Shown here: positions 13,744-26,383 of the stretch, in pieces
Position numbering within the stretch: the stretch's first letter is position 1
Layout of the letters: each line of letters starts with the position of its first letter
Source of the DNA: Camelus ferus
Taxonomy: Eukaryota
Direction: 5' to 3'
DNA length: 64,000 nucleotides
Assembly (NCBI RefSeq): GCF_009834535.1
Contig: NC_045702.1
Coordinates: 15,810,001-15,874,000 of the forward strand
Position numbers and translations under genes: made by a program
The notes under the pieces: model-generated
The model's input: only the letters and a program-made list of their open reading frames with translations
Databases searched by the model: none
What the model was told of the DNA's origin: nothing

Positions 13744-13859
13744 CACTCTGTGGGGCTCTGTGGGACTTGCCATCGGTCACCGCTCCTGGAGGCTTGTCCC
13801 CTGCTTCCCTCTCACTGGACTCTTCACTTACTGTGGAGTCAGCATCTGAGGGAGAAACC
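13744..13859 (-). CDS. KIAA1549: KIAA1549 exon 12 (R-VSPSDADSTVSEESSEREAGDKPPGAVTDGKSHRAPQS)
   Basis: tgtctgcag|G GTT ... AGT G|gtctgt; 116 nt; phase 2 to 1. Translated by hand. Confidence 0.9.
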
Positions 13860-15588
13860 CTGCAGACACAAGACAAATGCAAACGTTAGGACAGAGAAAG
13901 AAGGGGAGGGCAACGGCATATTCATTTGGATGTGGAAGTCAGGCTTCCAGGCAAGAGTGGTGGAAATCAAACAGTCCAAAACATTGTTTCGTGGCACGGC
14001 ACCTCCACGGACCACATCAATGGCACACAGTCACCTCCTGAAGACAGCTTAATACGGCTCACTCAATAGCTCAGCAGTTCATCTCAATAAACTCTAGGAA
14101 ATCAGGCGCCCAGTGGAGGATGGTCCCCTGGGTAGCAGGGCCTTGACTGGCAATCTGGGGCTGGCATGGGTTGGATCAGAAGATCTGGGGCTCAGGCCTG
14201 GTTAGGGTTTCTCTGGGTCTGCAGAATTCCTAAGAAGCCAGGGTAGTTCTGCAGTCACCCCATATAACTCCAGATCTTTGGAAAAGACCTACACTTAACA
14301 ACATAAAGGCAATGATTAAAAAATAAATAAAAATAGAAATAAAGGCAATGATTACCCCTGAGAGTTGATTCTATATTCTATAAAAACAAGGCTATCACAG
14401 AACCCAGGCCGTACCAGGCTAGTGAAAAACCTTAATCAGTTAGCACCTCTTCTCTCTGGGCTCCCTGAAATGCCAAGACATTCTGGTGCCCCTAAGGGAT
14501 GCTAAAATATTATATTAACCATGCAGACCACTGAGATGTTGTGACTAAACGTTTAGGATTAGGTGACCAGAGAAGAAAAAAAAGACTTTGCAAAACTGTA
14601 CGAGCATATTCAATAATCTTTAATGATTTGATTTATTCTTAGCCTGCAAAATAATTAAGCAAGTGATCTCTCTCTGCATAATTCATCTTCTTTTGTAAAG
14701 ATCATGTTCTAACATCCATTAAATTCTTAAAACTAGGCCAGAACCCCTGGGGTAGGTTTTCTGATAAGCCAGAAATTATAACATCGTTTGAATGTTGGTA
14801 TGATCACACACTTTTTCCCCTCTCAGCAGAAAATCAGGATTTGGAGTTCCAAAGCTCAAAGGCAGGCTGATAATCTGAGGCTTCAACAGCCAAAGCCTGA
14901 TCATGCTCTGATCTAAAGTCAACATAATAAAACCTGATTCTGAACTTTGTCTTCTTACACAGCTGGAGCCCGTCTATGAGCGAGAAGTTCTCTGTGTGTC
15001 TAATTCTGGTAGGAGGACTGGAAAGAAATGGGGACCAGGGAGCTGGGCAGAGGGGATGCAATGAAGAATCCATGCACATGTGCTAGCAAGGGTGACAATA
15101 GGAGCACGCAGAGAAAAGCCAAGCAAGGACAGAAGGATGTGCTGAAGGTCACCTGCCGACCAAGCAGTGAAGCCACAGCTAGCCGCTGGCATGACAGGCA
15201 AGAGCAAAGCTGACACTGGCTGAGTGTGGATCACACACCAGGCACTCTTTATACACTGTTCCTGAGATCACCTCTGGGGGCCCAACATAGTCACCCCAGA
15301 ATCTATACACTCGAGCTGGTCAATCCCTGATGAAGTCCCAGGGGGACCGCCCAACCATGACCAACAAGTGACTGACAATCTTAAACATTTTGGGAAGAGA
15401 AAGCACTCCTTCCACAGCCCATTAGAGCAGATCAAGAGCTTTTGGGCTCATTGACTTTGGGCAACACGTTGTCAGTCTTCAGGGCTGCAGACCCGGGCGA
15501 CACTTGCCGCCAGCCCTTCTGCTACTGGAAACTGACAAACGGAAACATGCAGAGCGACAGAGAACAACACAGAAAGCCCAATAAGAAC

Positions 15589-15785
15589 CTTCCTCTGTGA
15601 CGGATGTTCTTGGAAGGGATCTTCGCCTTGGGGCTCGGCACATCTCCATTCTCGGAGGGCGTGGTGTGGTCCTTCACAGGCCCCGGCAGTGGTGCTGGCT
15701 CGTGGATAATCAGTATGTCATCTTTATTGTGCTGACCCAGGTGCTGCTTAGCAAAGTCGAAACCCTTCACGCTAGGGATCTGCAA
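15589..15785 (-). CDS. KIAA1549: KIAA1549 exon 11 (LQIPSVKGFDFAKQHLGQHNKDD...KNIRHRG)
   Basis: (tg)6tttcag|TTG CAG ... GGA AG|gttctt; 197 nt; phase 0 to 2. Confidence 0.93.
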
Positions 15786-17105
15786 CTGAAACACACACAC
15801 ACATAGGCGAGACAGTCAGTCAGAATCTGAGGGCTGTCACAGGAGATCATGGGGAGTGGCAAGACTGAGTGCCAGTCTCTGACCCAAGATGGTACTTGTG
15901 ATTACACCCATCCAACTCAACGCGCGTCTCTAAAATGACTACCTGTACAAGGTGCCATTTATACCTAGAGTTCGCAGAAAAGACAGATCCTCACTAAGGA
16001 TTAAAGTACCAGGATTAAACAGATCATAATACAAAAGGCATCACCAGACAATCCCTGCCCTCTGTCACAGCAGCATGACCACGTGCCATGCAAGTCCACA
16101 GGGTCCAGGTTCAGCTGCGAGCCTGCGCTAAGACAGAAAGGTGCCTGAAAGGATATAGAAATGGGGGCAATAACGGTGAGGCATCATTTTGGTGACGTTG
16201 AAAGTGCAGGGGTGGGATTTAACAGTTTCCTTTATTCGAACCTGCAGAGTAGAGGAAAATAAACCAGGTATCAGTAGTTGTCCCAAGGGTCTCCTCGGCA
16301 GGAAGGCAAAGGGTCCTCAAAGCCCTCCCACCAGGCTGTATTCCACACCCACAGATAGTCCTGTCACCCAGAAGACAAAGCCCAACCCATCAAAGGAGCT
16401 GTTCTAGACATTATACTGTGTGTAGGAGCAAAAGGTATTTGGGCTAACTTTACACACAGATGAGTGACAATGTCAATGGCTTAGATTTGTGATCTCTAAG
16501 GTCTTTTTAGCCCTGAAAATCCAGGATGGATGGGAAGGAAAGTAGTTTGCAATAATGACTTATGCCAGCAGAGGGGGACAGAACTTACCGCAAACAGAGT
16601 TTACAAAGATGTTGCTCTGAAACAAAAGGTAAAGTCTGGCGTACCTCTGTTTTCTAAATTAATGATGTTGTGTTACAAGCAGTCTACTTCAGACTGTGAG
16701 TGGCACACATCCCTCGGCTCAAAAGCGCTGTTTCCCAAACCTGCAGCTCCACAACTCCCCCCACTCCCCAGCCATCTTCAGCTGGGGTCCCCAAATCTCT
16801 GGCATGTACACTTTCCTAGGGGCAAGAAGCTCTTTTAAGGGAATCAAATTCCAGCAGACAATCTCTGTATATACACTTCTGGCTTCTCCTTTCTCCTTTC
16901 ATAAGAATCCTCCTCCTTTGCAGAAGAAAGGCACATCTCTTACCCTTGCAGCAGCTTTTACCCTGGCTATACCTCATTTTAACTCGATAAGGTGCCTCTA
17001 AATAAAAGAATAATGGAGATACTCAATAGTCATTTAATCATCACCATCAACACCCTCTCTTTTGCAAGTTAGATGGCTTGCTTTATCAAAATTGAAAGCG
17101 GATGT

Positions 17106-17272
17106 GGGGAGGGTATAGCTCAGTGGTAAAGTGTACACTTAGCACGCATGGAATCCTGGGTTTAATCCCCGTACTGCCATTTAAATAGATTAGGTAGGTA
17201 GGTAGGTAGGTAGATAGATAGACAGACAGACAGATATAAACTTGATTATCTCTCCACCCCAAATTTTTTCTT
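17106..17272 (+). mobile_element. Camelid tRNA-derived SINE (Vic-1-like) with compound (TAGG)n(TAGA)n(CAGA)n tail
   Basis: Head ggggagggtatagctcagtggt (A box) and a degenerate B box, followed by a microsatellite and the family's tail motif. Confidence 0.8.
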
Positions 17273-17444
17273 AATTGAAGGAAGAGCCAAAGACGGCCTC
17301 CTCTAAGCAAAGGTCTCCAGAGTAAACAAGGGGAAAACATGAACAGCACTGCCTCCTTGGTGCAGTCTGTGTGCCCAAGTCCAGGAGCTAAGTGCCTTCC
17401 CTGAAGCACTCTCAGGGTTCATGTAAGAAACATACATGTGTCTA

Positions 17445-17824
17445 TGTTGTGGAAGAACAAAATTTGCCATCCCCAAATGTCTCTTTGGCATTCAAATTAT
17501 TTGAGGCTGAAAACAAACAAGGCCCAAAAGACTCAGGAAGAAACTTTGACCCACAAGCATTCATTTACCAAACACTTGCTTTTCCATCTCCACGTGAACT
17601 GTCTTCCTCCCCTCTGAAGTCCCAAACCACTACCCCCAACACCTTGTTTTGTCTTTAGTGAAGGTGGTATTTAAGGCGAGGGCTTGGTGAGTCACTCCGT
17701 TCTCCTGGGTCTCTCGCATGGATACATGTTATTAAACCTTTGTTTAATTTTCTCTTACTAATGTCATGTCAATTTAGTTCTTAGACCAGCCAGAAAAATC
17801 TAGAAGGGTAGAAGTGCTTTTTCA
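17445..17824 (+). mobile_element. ERV1-class solo LTR (MER34-like)
   Basis: TG start, gccatccccaaatgtctctttggcattcaaattatttgaggctga, ATTAAA poly(A)-like signal, CA end; boundaries approximate. Confidence 0.55.
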
Positions 17825-18965
17825 TAAATGCCAAGGCACCATACAAATGAGATGGACAGCAATGTTATCGCTGTTGGTTGGTGAAATATCAAGCAGTTAA
17901 TACAAATAGGCAGCTAAGAGTTCTAGGGATCAGATAAAGCTAAACATACAAATTTAGATGCAAAACTTTGTAATTCGGCTACAGGACGTGACACATGGTA
18001 GACCCACAAAATTAATATTTGATGACTGAATGAATTTCAAAAAGGTCGGCTGAAGTCGCAAACTTGCAGGATTTTGTGGGAAACCAAGAGAAGAGTAGAT
18101 GTCATAAGTGAGAAGTGCATCCATTACAGACTCGAAGTCCTGTTGGCTTGCTAATTCTGACTAATATCTTTAAATACACCCATGAGATCTCTGCACTTCT
18201 CCCAGGCTGGGTGACTCACCACCTTCTACAACAATAGAAATTGGGCAGCCAGTCTGTGCTTACACACAGAACAAAAGCCGTCTACACACAGAAGGGAAAA
18301 CTTAGAGGAAGCACTGTCCCCCTCACTTACGGAATGAGCTCCTTCTGTTTCAGCCCTATTTTCTGGAACACTTTTTCTAGTTTTTCCATGTCTTAAAAAA
18401 AAAAAATCTAGAGTTAAGTCTGGCTGTATTACGTGTCCAGTGTCCACATTCAGAATAAGCTTCAATCAGTATTTTATGAAAGAGTCACCATTAATTAGCA
18501 CCTCCAACATTCCTATTAGGACCCCGTCACTTCGGAGGAAAGATGGCTCTTTTTCTCCTTTTTTCTTTACTAAGTCACAGAGGGGACAGACCATCTTGTC
18601 TGTGCCCCACAGGAACACAAGTCAGGGTGGGCTGGTAGAGCAGGTCAGCTATGTAACAGGAGGGACACTGGATGAATTTTAAGACGTAGGAGCCATAAAT
18701 ATAATACGACCCATATGGAACAAGACAGAGTCAAGTCCCCAGTACTCGGGTCACCTGAACCCCTGGGAAGGAGCAGTTAAGATGACAACAGAAACCACAG
18801 GGCAAATCCCAAAAGCATCCAAATAAAAACGTGCAATCTCGAAGAGAGTGCCATTTACACATTTCTGCTATTTGATGGATATGATCGTCACCATAGCCAC
18901 CATGCTGTTTCCTTTCAGGAGGTGAAGACATGGAGAACTTATGGCATCTGTGGGTCTCCAGTGCA

Positions 18966-18985
18966 GCCCAGCAGGGGGCCTCTGG
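18966..18985 (+). promoter_or_regulatory. Candidate CTCF motif (CCAGCAGGGGGC core)
   Basis: 12-bp match to the CTCF core at 18968-18979; motif only. Confidence 0.3.
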
Positions 18986-21894
18986 TCACCCTGAGATCTA
19001 GGCGTTGAGGGAGCAGTCCTCCAAGATTCTCCCATCCCCAGGCCACAGCAAGTCATGGTCAGCTGACCGCAGGCACACTGGAACCACCAACTTATCAGGT
19101 ATTACAGGGACCCCTATAGCAAAGGGATGAGCTGACCTTGGCCGAGAGGGAAGAAAGGCTCATCGAGCTTCTCTTAAACCAGTTGACCACACCGCCCCCA
19201 TGGTGCCTGCTCCAAACACCAGTATGCTCAGGCTGCTCTCCAGCAGAAAACCCTTTAGTAGCTCCCCAGGATCTACAGCATCCCCTCCGACCCCTGATAC
19301 ATCCTGTAAACCCCTCTGAGCCTGGCTCTTGCCTCCCTCCGTCACCTAGTTTGGGCTATGCCCTTCCTTCCATCCACCTTTGGTCCACCCTTCCCAAGGT
19401 TCATGGATCCCCCCCTGCCTGGGCCACTTCATCTGCCTTCACCTCCTCCACCTCTGAGCCTCAGCCCCAACACTGTCCCCTCTGAAGACACTGAGGTGGC
19501 TGCCCCAGCTCTGTGCTCCCACAGCGCCCTAGACAGACTCATTGCTGCGCGTCAGCTTTTCGACTCCTTGTCCACCCCACTTACGGAAGCACCCCCAGGC
19601 AGGGAACGCGTGTTTTCTGGGCTTGTCATCCAATCTGGCCCTGCTTGGCTGAGAGCAAATGTTCAGCGTTTGGTCAATGAACATGCAGTGTTCGAGGCAG
19701 CTCACCCTGGCTGCCCACAGTGCCAGTCGGCCAGAAACCAAGGTCCCGGGCCAACCACGGGGTGTGGACTGTCCCCATCAGAAGGAACAGGCTTCCACAG
19801 GACCAGGAGCATCAAACCAACGCCATTCATATCTTTAAATAGAACCTCAACAGGGCGAGGCGGATCCAAGCTGCAATTTTACTGGTAGCAGTAAAAAGCG
19901 GTGCCTTTGGGCTACGGATTAAAGAGAAAACAGATAAAGGAAAGACACAGTTAGGGGTTTGTTTTTTTTTTTTTACTTTATCAACAGAAACTTTCAAAGA
20001 CCCTGACTCAAAATAGAACAGGATGGCCTCTCTCCCTCATCATATTTCAAAACTAATCTACTCCCAGACAACTGAAGAGGTTCCCCTTGCCTCACAAGAA
20101 GGAGGGGGTGTGGATTTTCGGTCAGCAGATTTATTGCTTCCAGATGTTTGCAGCTCTGGGATTTGCTGAAAGATTTCAGAGAGTAGCAGTGAAGCAGCCT
20201 CGGGGGGCGGGGTGGGCAGAATGGCCAGAGAAGAAACAGCCACACAAGAAGGAAAGGAGCTCTTGCAGTCACAGGGGAAGACAGTATCTTTTCAAAGTGC
20301 CCTAAGGAAGAGGCCAGAGGCCTTTTGCTATTGCCAGACAATCTTAGAAGAATTGCTTATGAAAGTACAGATATTTATTTTTAAACTATATAGACAGCAC
20401 CATTTTCCTATTATAAAAACACGATAAGATCTACACTGTAGGTTCCTGTGCCAGCCAAACAAAGACCCTGTGCTAACCCTCCTCACGGTGTCAGAAGACA
20501 CCTGTTCTCTCAGGGAATCCTTCACGCAGAAGACCTTTCCCGCAAAGATGCTGTAAAAGTGAATGCACAAATGTACACAGCACTTGCAGAAAAAGAGCAA
20601 CTCCACAGGCTGGAAGTTCTGCTGGAAACTGTCTATCTGATGTACAGCAACACCTGGGACGAGAGAGTATTTTGGAAGTAAAAGTGGGAGAAGCTGAAAG
20701 CTTGAACAGCCTGTGGTGAACTTGACGGATGCTGTCCTCTGATCGTTTTTGAAGTAACAGATAATGGAAAGGCCTGCACAGGGGTCTTTATGTTAGGAAG
20801 CACGGAACATAGAAGACCTAGATACATAACTGTCTCTGCTGGTTAAATCTCTCTGTAGCAATACTCTTTCACCAGGACAAAAACACTGTCGATCTCATTA
20901 CGATGAAATTCACACCATGAATCATTTAGTATATCACGGACTTTTTTCCAGGTTTTTTCCATGCTATTCACCAGCCTAACGACAAAACAACCTAAGCAGA
21001 CTATGTAAATAATAAATGAAGACAGGTAACGAACATAATCTTAACGTATAAACTGCTTCCAAAATACTGGATAACCATCAGCTTGCAATATAATCAAGAG
21101 TTTGCATTTCTTAGTTAATTCATAAGAAAAAGAATACTCTTCATTTGCTTTTACAAAAATAAAGTACATTTTAAAAGAAGACTTATTTTTTCATTCCGCG
21201 GGTCTCTTGGCTTGTAATGTGCAGAATTGTTTTATACCCAGAAAATCAGTAAAGTTAAAAGGTCAATGGGGCACGATCTTCTATTTCTTCTGCCTCTTGC
21301 TCGCTTTTTCTTGTCAAACTTGTAGAGCTGAGGGAGTCCTCGAAATTTGGGAGACCCCGAGCGGGTACATGTTAATAAATCTCCTCGGTGAGGAGCACTT
21401 CCCAACGCCCTTGGCGTGGCTGAGCTGCGTGCTGCGCTCAGCATCCGCGCCACACAAGCACTTTTCTCTACTTGGCACGTTCTCACTCCACCAGGGCAGC
21501 CAGATGCTGACCAAGAGGCTACGTCTTTGCTCTGAAACTTGTAGGTGACAATTAAATATTGCAGAAACAGTTGGAACATCAGTGTGGGAAGAGAATTGCT
21601 GTTACTGTAAACACTAAATTGAATACTTTGGAAAGACATGGAAAAGGAGCTGCTAAAAAAGACCAAAGACTGCTGTCAAGTTAGGTGTAGGTGAATTAAC
21701 TAAAGATCGCAGAGGATGGTGGGGTCGGGGGATACTGAAAAAGGCTAGAAAATTTTGCACTCAGGTTGCTTTGCTCTTCTCTCAAGACTGGAAACTACAA
21801 CTGATGTTTCTTATAAGAAAGACCACACAGAATTCCTTTCAGTAGACAGACACTCTCAAGAATTTTTTTAGAAAGATTGGCAAATACTTATATA

Positions 21895-22036
21895 GAGGAG
21901 AGAGTATAGCTCAATTGGTAGAGCGCATGCTTAGCATGCACAAGGTCCTGGGTTCAATCCCCAGGACCTCCATTAAGTAAATAAATATATAAATAAACCT
22001 AATTACCTCCCTCAAAAAAATTTTTAAAAAAGACTC
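21895..22036 (+). mobile_element. Camelid tRNA-derived SINE (Vic-1-like)
   Basis: A box tagctcaattggta, B box ggttcaatcc, tail aaacctaattacctccc; TSD acttatata at 21886-21894 and 22037-22045. Confidence 0.88.
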
Positions 22037-22545
22037 ACTTATATATATTAAGTTAAAACATTTAAGGCATGTATTATCATTTTTTTAATGATTAAGTGGT
22101 CTTGATCAAAGTGGATAAACAGGCTTGCAATATGGTGGAAGGAAAAAAAGGAGCCGTCCAGCAGAGTGGTGTGTAAGGAAACAGATACACATAGATCAAA
22201 GAAAACCTTTGCCTCCTGTTCTCTGAAAATATTCAGGGTTAAAATAGATCAGAATTTATATACAGAATGGATGTGACCCTCTAACTGAGCATCTCAAAAA
22301 TAAAATCACAGTGGAACTCAGTCGCTCATAGCATTGTTAAGCCTTCACACGGCTTCATTTTCTTGGCATGCATTTAATATTACAGAAGAGCTGGGTTTCA
22401 GTAAGCGAACCTGGAGACAAAGGGACACCACCACTAACACAGGATGATTTCCTTTCTAGCTCTCCCCTGTCCTTCAGGCTCAGGAGCCTGAACTCACCCT
22501 GCCCCAGCCCCCAGGATGCTGATGTGAACACTGGGAGGGTCTCAC

Positions 22546-22730
22546 CTTCTGACGCTGCTGAATGTTGGCCACGGTGTCGGGCTGAAAGTCCAGTTTGTCT
22601 GTGCGGCAGAGCTTCCAGTAGAGGATGATGACGATCACCACCACCACCAGCACAGGGATGACCACGCCCACGATGACCCAGAGGTTGCTGCTCTGGGACT
22701 CGGGGGACGGCCTCTTCACCCTGTCCACGG
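22546..22730 (-). CDS. KIAA1549: KIAA1549 exon 10, containing the single transmembrane helix LWVIVGVVIPVLVVVVIVIILYW (22615-22683)
   Basis: tgtctgcag|CC GTG ... AAG|gtgaga; 185 nt; phase 1 to 0; 23-aa hydrophobic run followed by KLCR. Confidence 0.96.
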
Positions 22731-25526
22731 CTGCAGACAAGCAAGAAAGGTCTTTCAGTGACTCCTCTGCACTCCTCACTGGCAGCCCTTCTGGACAGTG
22801 AGTGTAACCCTGGAAGCCCTGTCATTCCAGCTCAGGACAAATGGCGAGGAGCTGTGATCTCCTGATGATAGGAAATGGGCTGCAGTCAACAAACACCACA
22901 CGCCATGTTACATGGACAATGCAGCATGTGAGTGGTGCCTCAAGGAACGTGGTTAATTCAATAGCAAAATGAGGTTTATTCCAGGTCTCATGACTTGCAG
23001 TTTATTTTACCAGATGCCTCTCTAAATTCTCACTGCAGGAACGCTTCCATACCAAAAATTAGAAGTCCCAGTGAGCAGTCTATGAGCACCACCTTCATTT
23101 CCTCACCTGTGTCTCTCCCTAAACCCTTAAAACACAGCTTTTAATGGAAACTGCATTACTTACAGTACCCATTGTCAATTTTAAAGTTACATTAAGTCAA
23201 CTTACTTATTTTGAATCTGTCAATCCCCATCCCCACCCCCACCCTGGCCCCATCGCTCATGGCCTTGGACAATCATGCTTCCATCATTCGGTCCTTCTTA
23301 ATCTTCACCAGTTCCTTTCCCTTGCCCTGCCTCCCAGCACTGGGCTTCCTACTCCTCTTCATTCTGTACTCATCCTTCCCCAGGATTCAGCTCTTCTTAA
23401 AAGCTCAACTGCTCCCAGTCCTCTTAAAGCTCAGCTTCCAATCACCAGGCTCTGAAAACCAAAATGCTCCCCTTTCTCTGCCCAGCTTTCTCATCCATTC
23501 CGGCCACTTCAGGATGACCCCTCCACGACAACCCTAGATTCCTCTCATCTGAGCTCTTTTGTTCTGGCTTGTCACTATCTTGAAACCCATACCTCACTAT
23601 TCCTTTAAAATGCATTTTATGACATGAAAGTCTCACCTGGATCAACTATACTACTTTGCTCATTAATGTGGTCATGACTGTAAGTCTTGTGTTTTCAAAT
23701 ACACCCCGGTCTTCCTGGGCAGGGACTAAGGTTTCCGTTCTTTTCACTTCCTATCATGGTGAAAACAGGCTCCGGGGTCAGAATGTTTCTCCTCAAAGAT
23801 GTAACAATAAAAGAGATTCTTGGTGCTGGTTTAAATTTGGGGTTAGGCCTCTCAGAGAGCGACCAGAGAGGGGAGCAAGCCCTCTAAAGCACACACCCTA
23901 AGAAAGAAGCACAAATTACAGAGCAGGGACTATGCAGGACACATTACAAAAAGTTAAAAATTTGTATTTTTAAATTTGGTCTGAACATAGTTGATATATG
24001 TAGTTCATTTTGCATGAAAGCAGCTGACGGACAATAAAGGAGTGACAGAATCAAACTGAGGGGCTGGGAGAACTGGATACTCTTTTTAGTTCTAACCTGG
24101 TAAAACCCTGTGAGAGGCACACACTCATGAAAATGAGGGCCTGACATCAGGACCACAGCTGCTCTGGGCCTGGCCCTGGTGTTGGCTGGGGCTCCCAATC
24201 CCAGGATTGTGTCCCCTGTGGTTTTTAGCACAAAACTGAGGAACAGAGGAGCACGAGCAGATGGAAGTGGCCTTGAAAGGTGCCCGTAGCCTATTGCAAT
24301 TAATCTTTTTTAAGAAGTGAACTGCTTAGCTGGAGCGGGGCACCTCTCCAACAATCAGAAATGTCATGTATGAAGAAATGTAAGTCAGTGCTTCAGTACT
24401 TTGTTCTCACTGCTTTGAAACAGGACACACGAATATACAATTCTATTTCAAATACACAAACACAAACCACCAATGGTTATTTGTTTAAACTCTCCTATCA
24501 TCACGTATAAAACAGAGTAAGTGTGCCCATGGGTCTTCATCCTTGTTAGCTTCGGGGCAAGTACACATATGACAAAGAACATTCCACTCGTGAGGATAAT
24601 TTTAAAGGTATCGTTTTTAAAAACTGCCTTCGTGGCCTAGATGTGCTCTTTGGGACTTTTCCTATAGCCTCTGATGCTGAATTCCTTCTAAACATTTATT
24701 TATCCCTTTCCAGTTGGGAGCAAGATTCACTGAGCTCTTACAAGAATTGCTCCCAGGATCATAAAGGAAAAACATCCACACTAAAAGAGAAGTCCGATTC
24801 ATAAAGGTGTACTTAGAGAAACACACTCTTCCATTCCTTGCCTTTTCTTAGTTTTAAATACCCAAAATCTGCAAGTTGGATTAAAAAAAAAAAGGCACTG
24901 AGCGCAGCTGTTGCCGGGGGCAGGAGTCTAGACTCCTCCAACAATAATACAGAAATATCAAAGTAACTCTTTCTAAATTGTGAGTGGTGTGAGGACAGGG
25001 TAGAAGAGACACAGGACTGAAAAGGGTACGGATCAAGGACCTCTTTGTGTTAAAAGACCCAGAAGGAAGCCAACAAATGCAGAGGGTCCCTCTCAGCTTC
25101 CTGCCTGACTCACTCTCCCCACCCACGTTCAAAACATGACATGGAAGAGTTCTGGAATAAATACAGGGAAAACACGTTCTGCCTAAGACAAAATTCTTAA
25201 AAGAGAAATAGTACAGGAGCTGGGGAAAAAATATTAGAGTTAACTGAAACTACTCTAATTCACTGTAACACTATGAATATAAAACGGTAGAAAGACAGCA
25301 GTGAAGGCTACAACAACAAGCAATTGAAATAAAGAAGGTCTTGGCAAGTTCATTTTAACAACTGACACCTTATATAAGTGCCACTTAATAATAAGGATTT
25401 AAGACAAATCAACCAGACACACATAAGAATGCTTGAAAACTCAGAGCTCACTGTCAGAAAAAGACAGGCTCTCTACACGGCAGCACAGCTCAGACGCCTG
25501 CGCGGGGCCGAGCCGGACGCACTTAC

Positions 25527-25704
25527 GCTGGGCGATGGCGCCCTGAATCCGGTAACCCAGGATGATGGCCGCTCTCTGGACATCTATCTTGTTAATCAGA
25601 TCTGAAGACTTGACTGCACTGAGCCTTTCTCCGTCTTGGTCCTCCACGAAGTAAATGAGCTGCACGGGATCGTCATCTCCCTCGAGCCTCGACACATTTA
25701 CCAC
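25527..25704 (-). CDS. KIAA1549: KIAA1549 exon 9 (VVNVSRLEGDDDPVQLIYFV...AIILGYRIQGAIAQ)
   Basis: cttttag|GTG GTA ... CAG C|gtaagt; 178 nt; phase 0 to 1. Confidence 0.95.
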
Positions 25705-26154
25705 CTAAAAGGTAACAGAAACCGCTAGCTTGCGGAAGCCCACGTCTCCGGATGTCCTTGCGCAGGGCGCTCAGCCTTGCCTGCGCTGCTCAGGATTTAT
25801 TCTGGTCCTTCTAATAAGGTCGTTACCCCATTCCGGATCCCAGAATCCCCACAGCACTTTCTTGACGGGAAGGAAAAATATGTGAAGTGAAAGTTCCTCT
25901 GTGCAGAATAACCAGCGTGCTTCGTCTCGCTCAAAGTCTTCTCAGACAAAGGGGCAAGGAGGATACACGGAACACAGGACTGCCACTTCTACAGTCTAGA
26001 ACTGCTAGCAACCAGCTCCAGCAGGTCATGGGAGGGCGCTGCTATCCTCCCAACGTCAAACGTGTTAGGTACCTCCCTGGCACTCTCAAATTAGTAATGG
26101 CTCTAGCCAATCCCCTCTGGAATCTATTAACACTTTCTCCCTGCTCTTCAAGGG

Positions 26155-26383
26155 CAGGGTTTCTCAACCTTGGCACTATTGCCATCTTTGGTCCAGATAA
26201 TTCTTTGATGTGGGGGGTTATCCCAAGTATAGCAGGATGTTCAGCAGCATCTCTACCCTCTACTCCCTAGAGACCAGCAGCAACAGCCATGCCCTTCCTC
26301 ACCAGCTGTGACAATCAGACATGCCTCCGGACATTGCCAAATGTACCCTGGAGGGCACAAGCACTCCCAGTTGAGAGCCACTG
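26155..26383 (+). mobile_element. MER20 hAT-Charlie element, near full length
   Basis: TIRs CAGGGTTTCTCAAC ... GTTGAGAGCCACTG with typical internal sequence. Confidence 0.85.
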
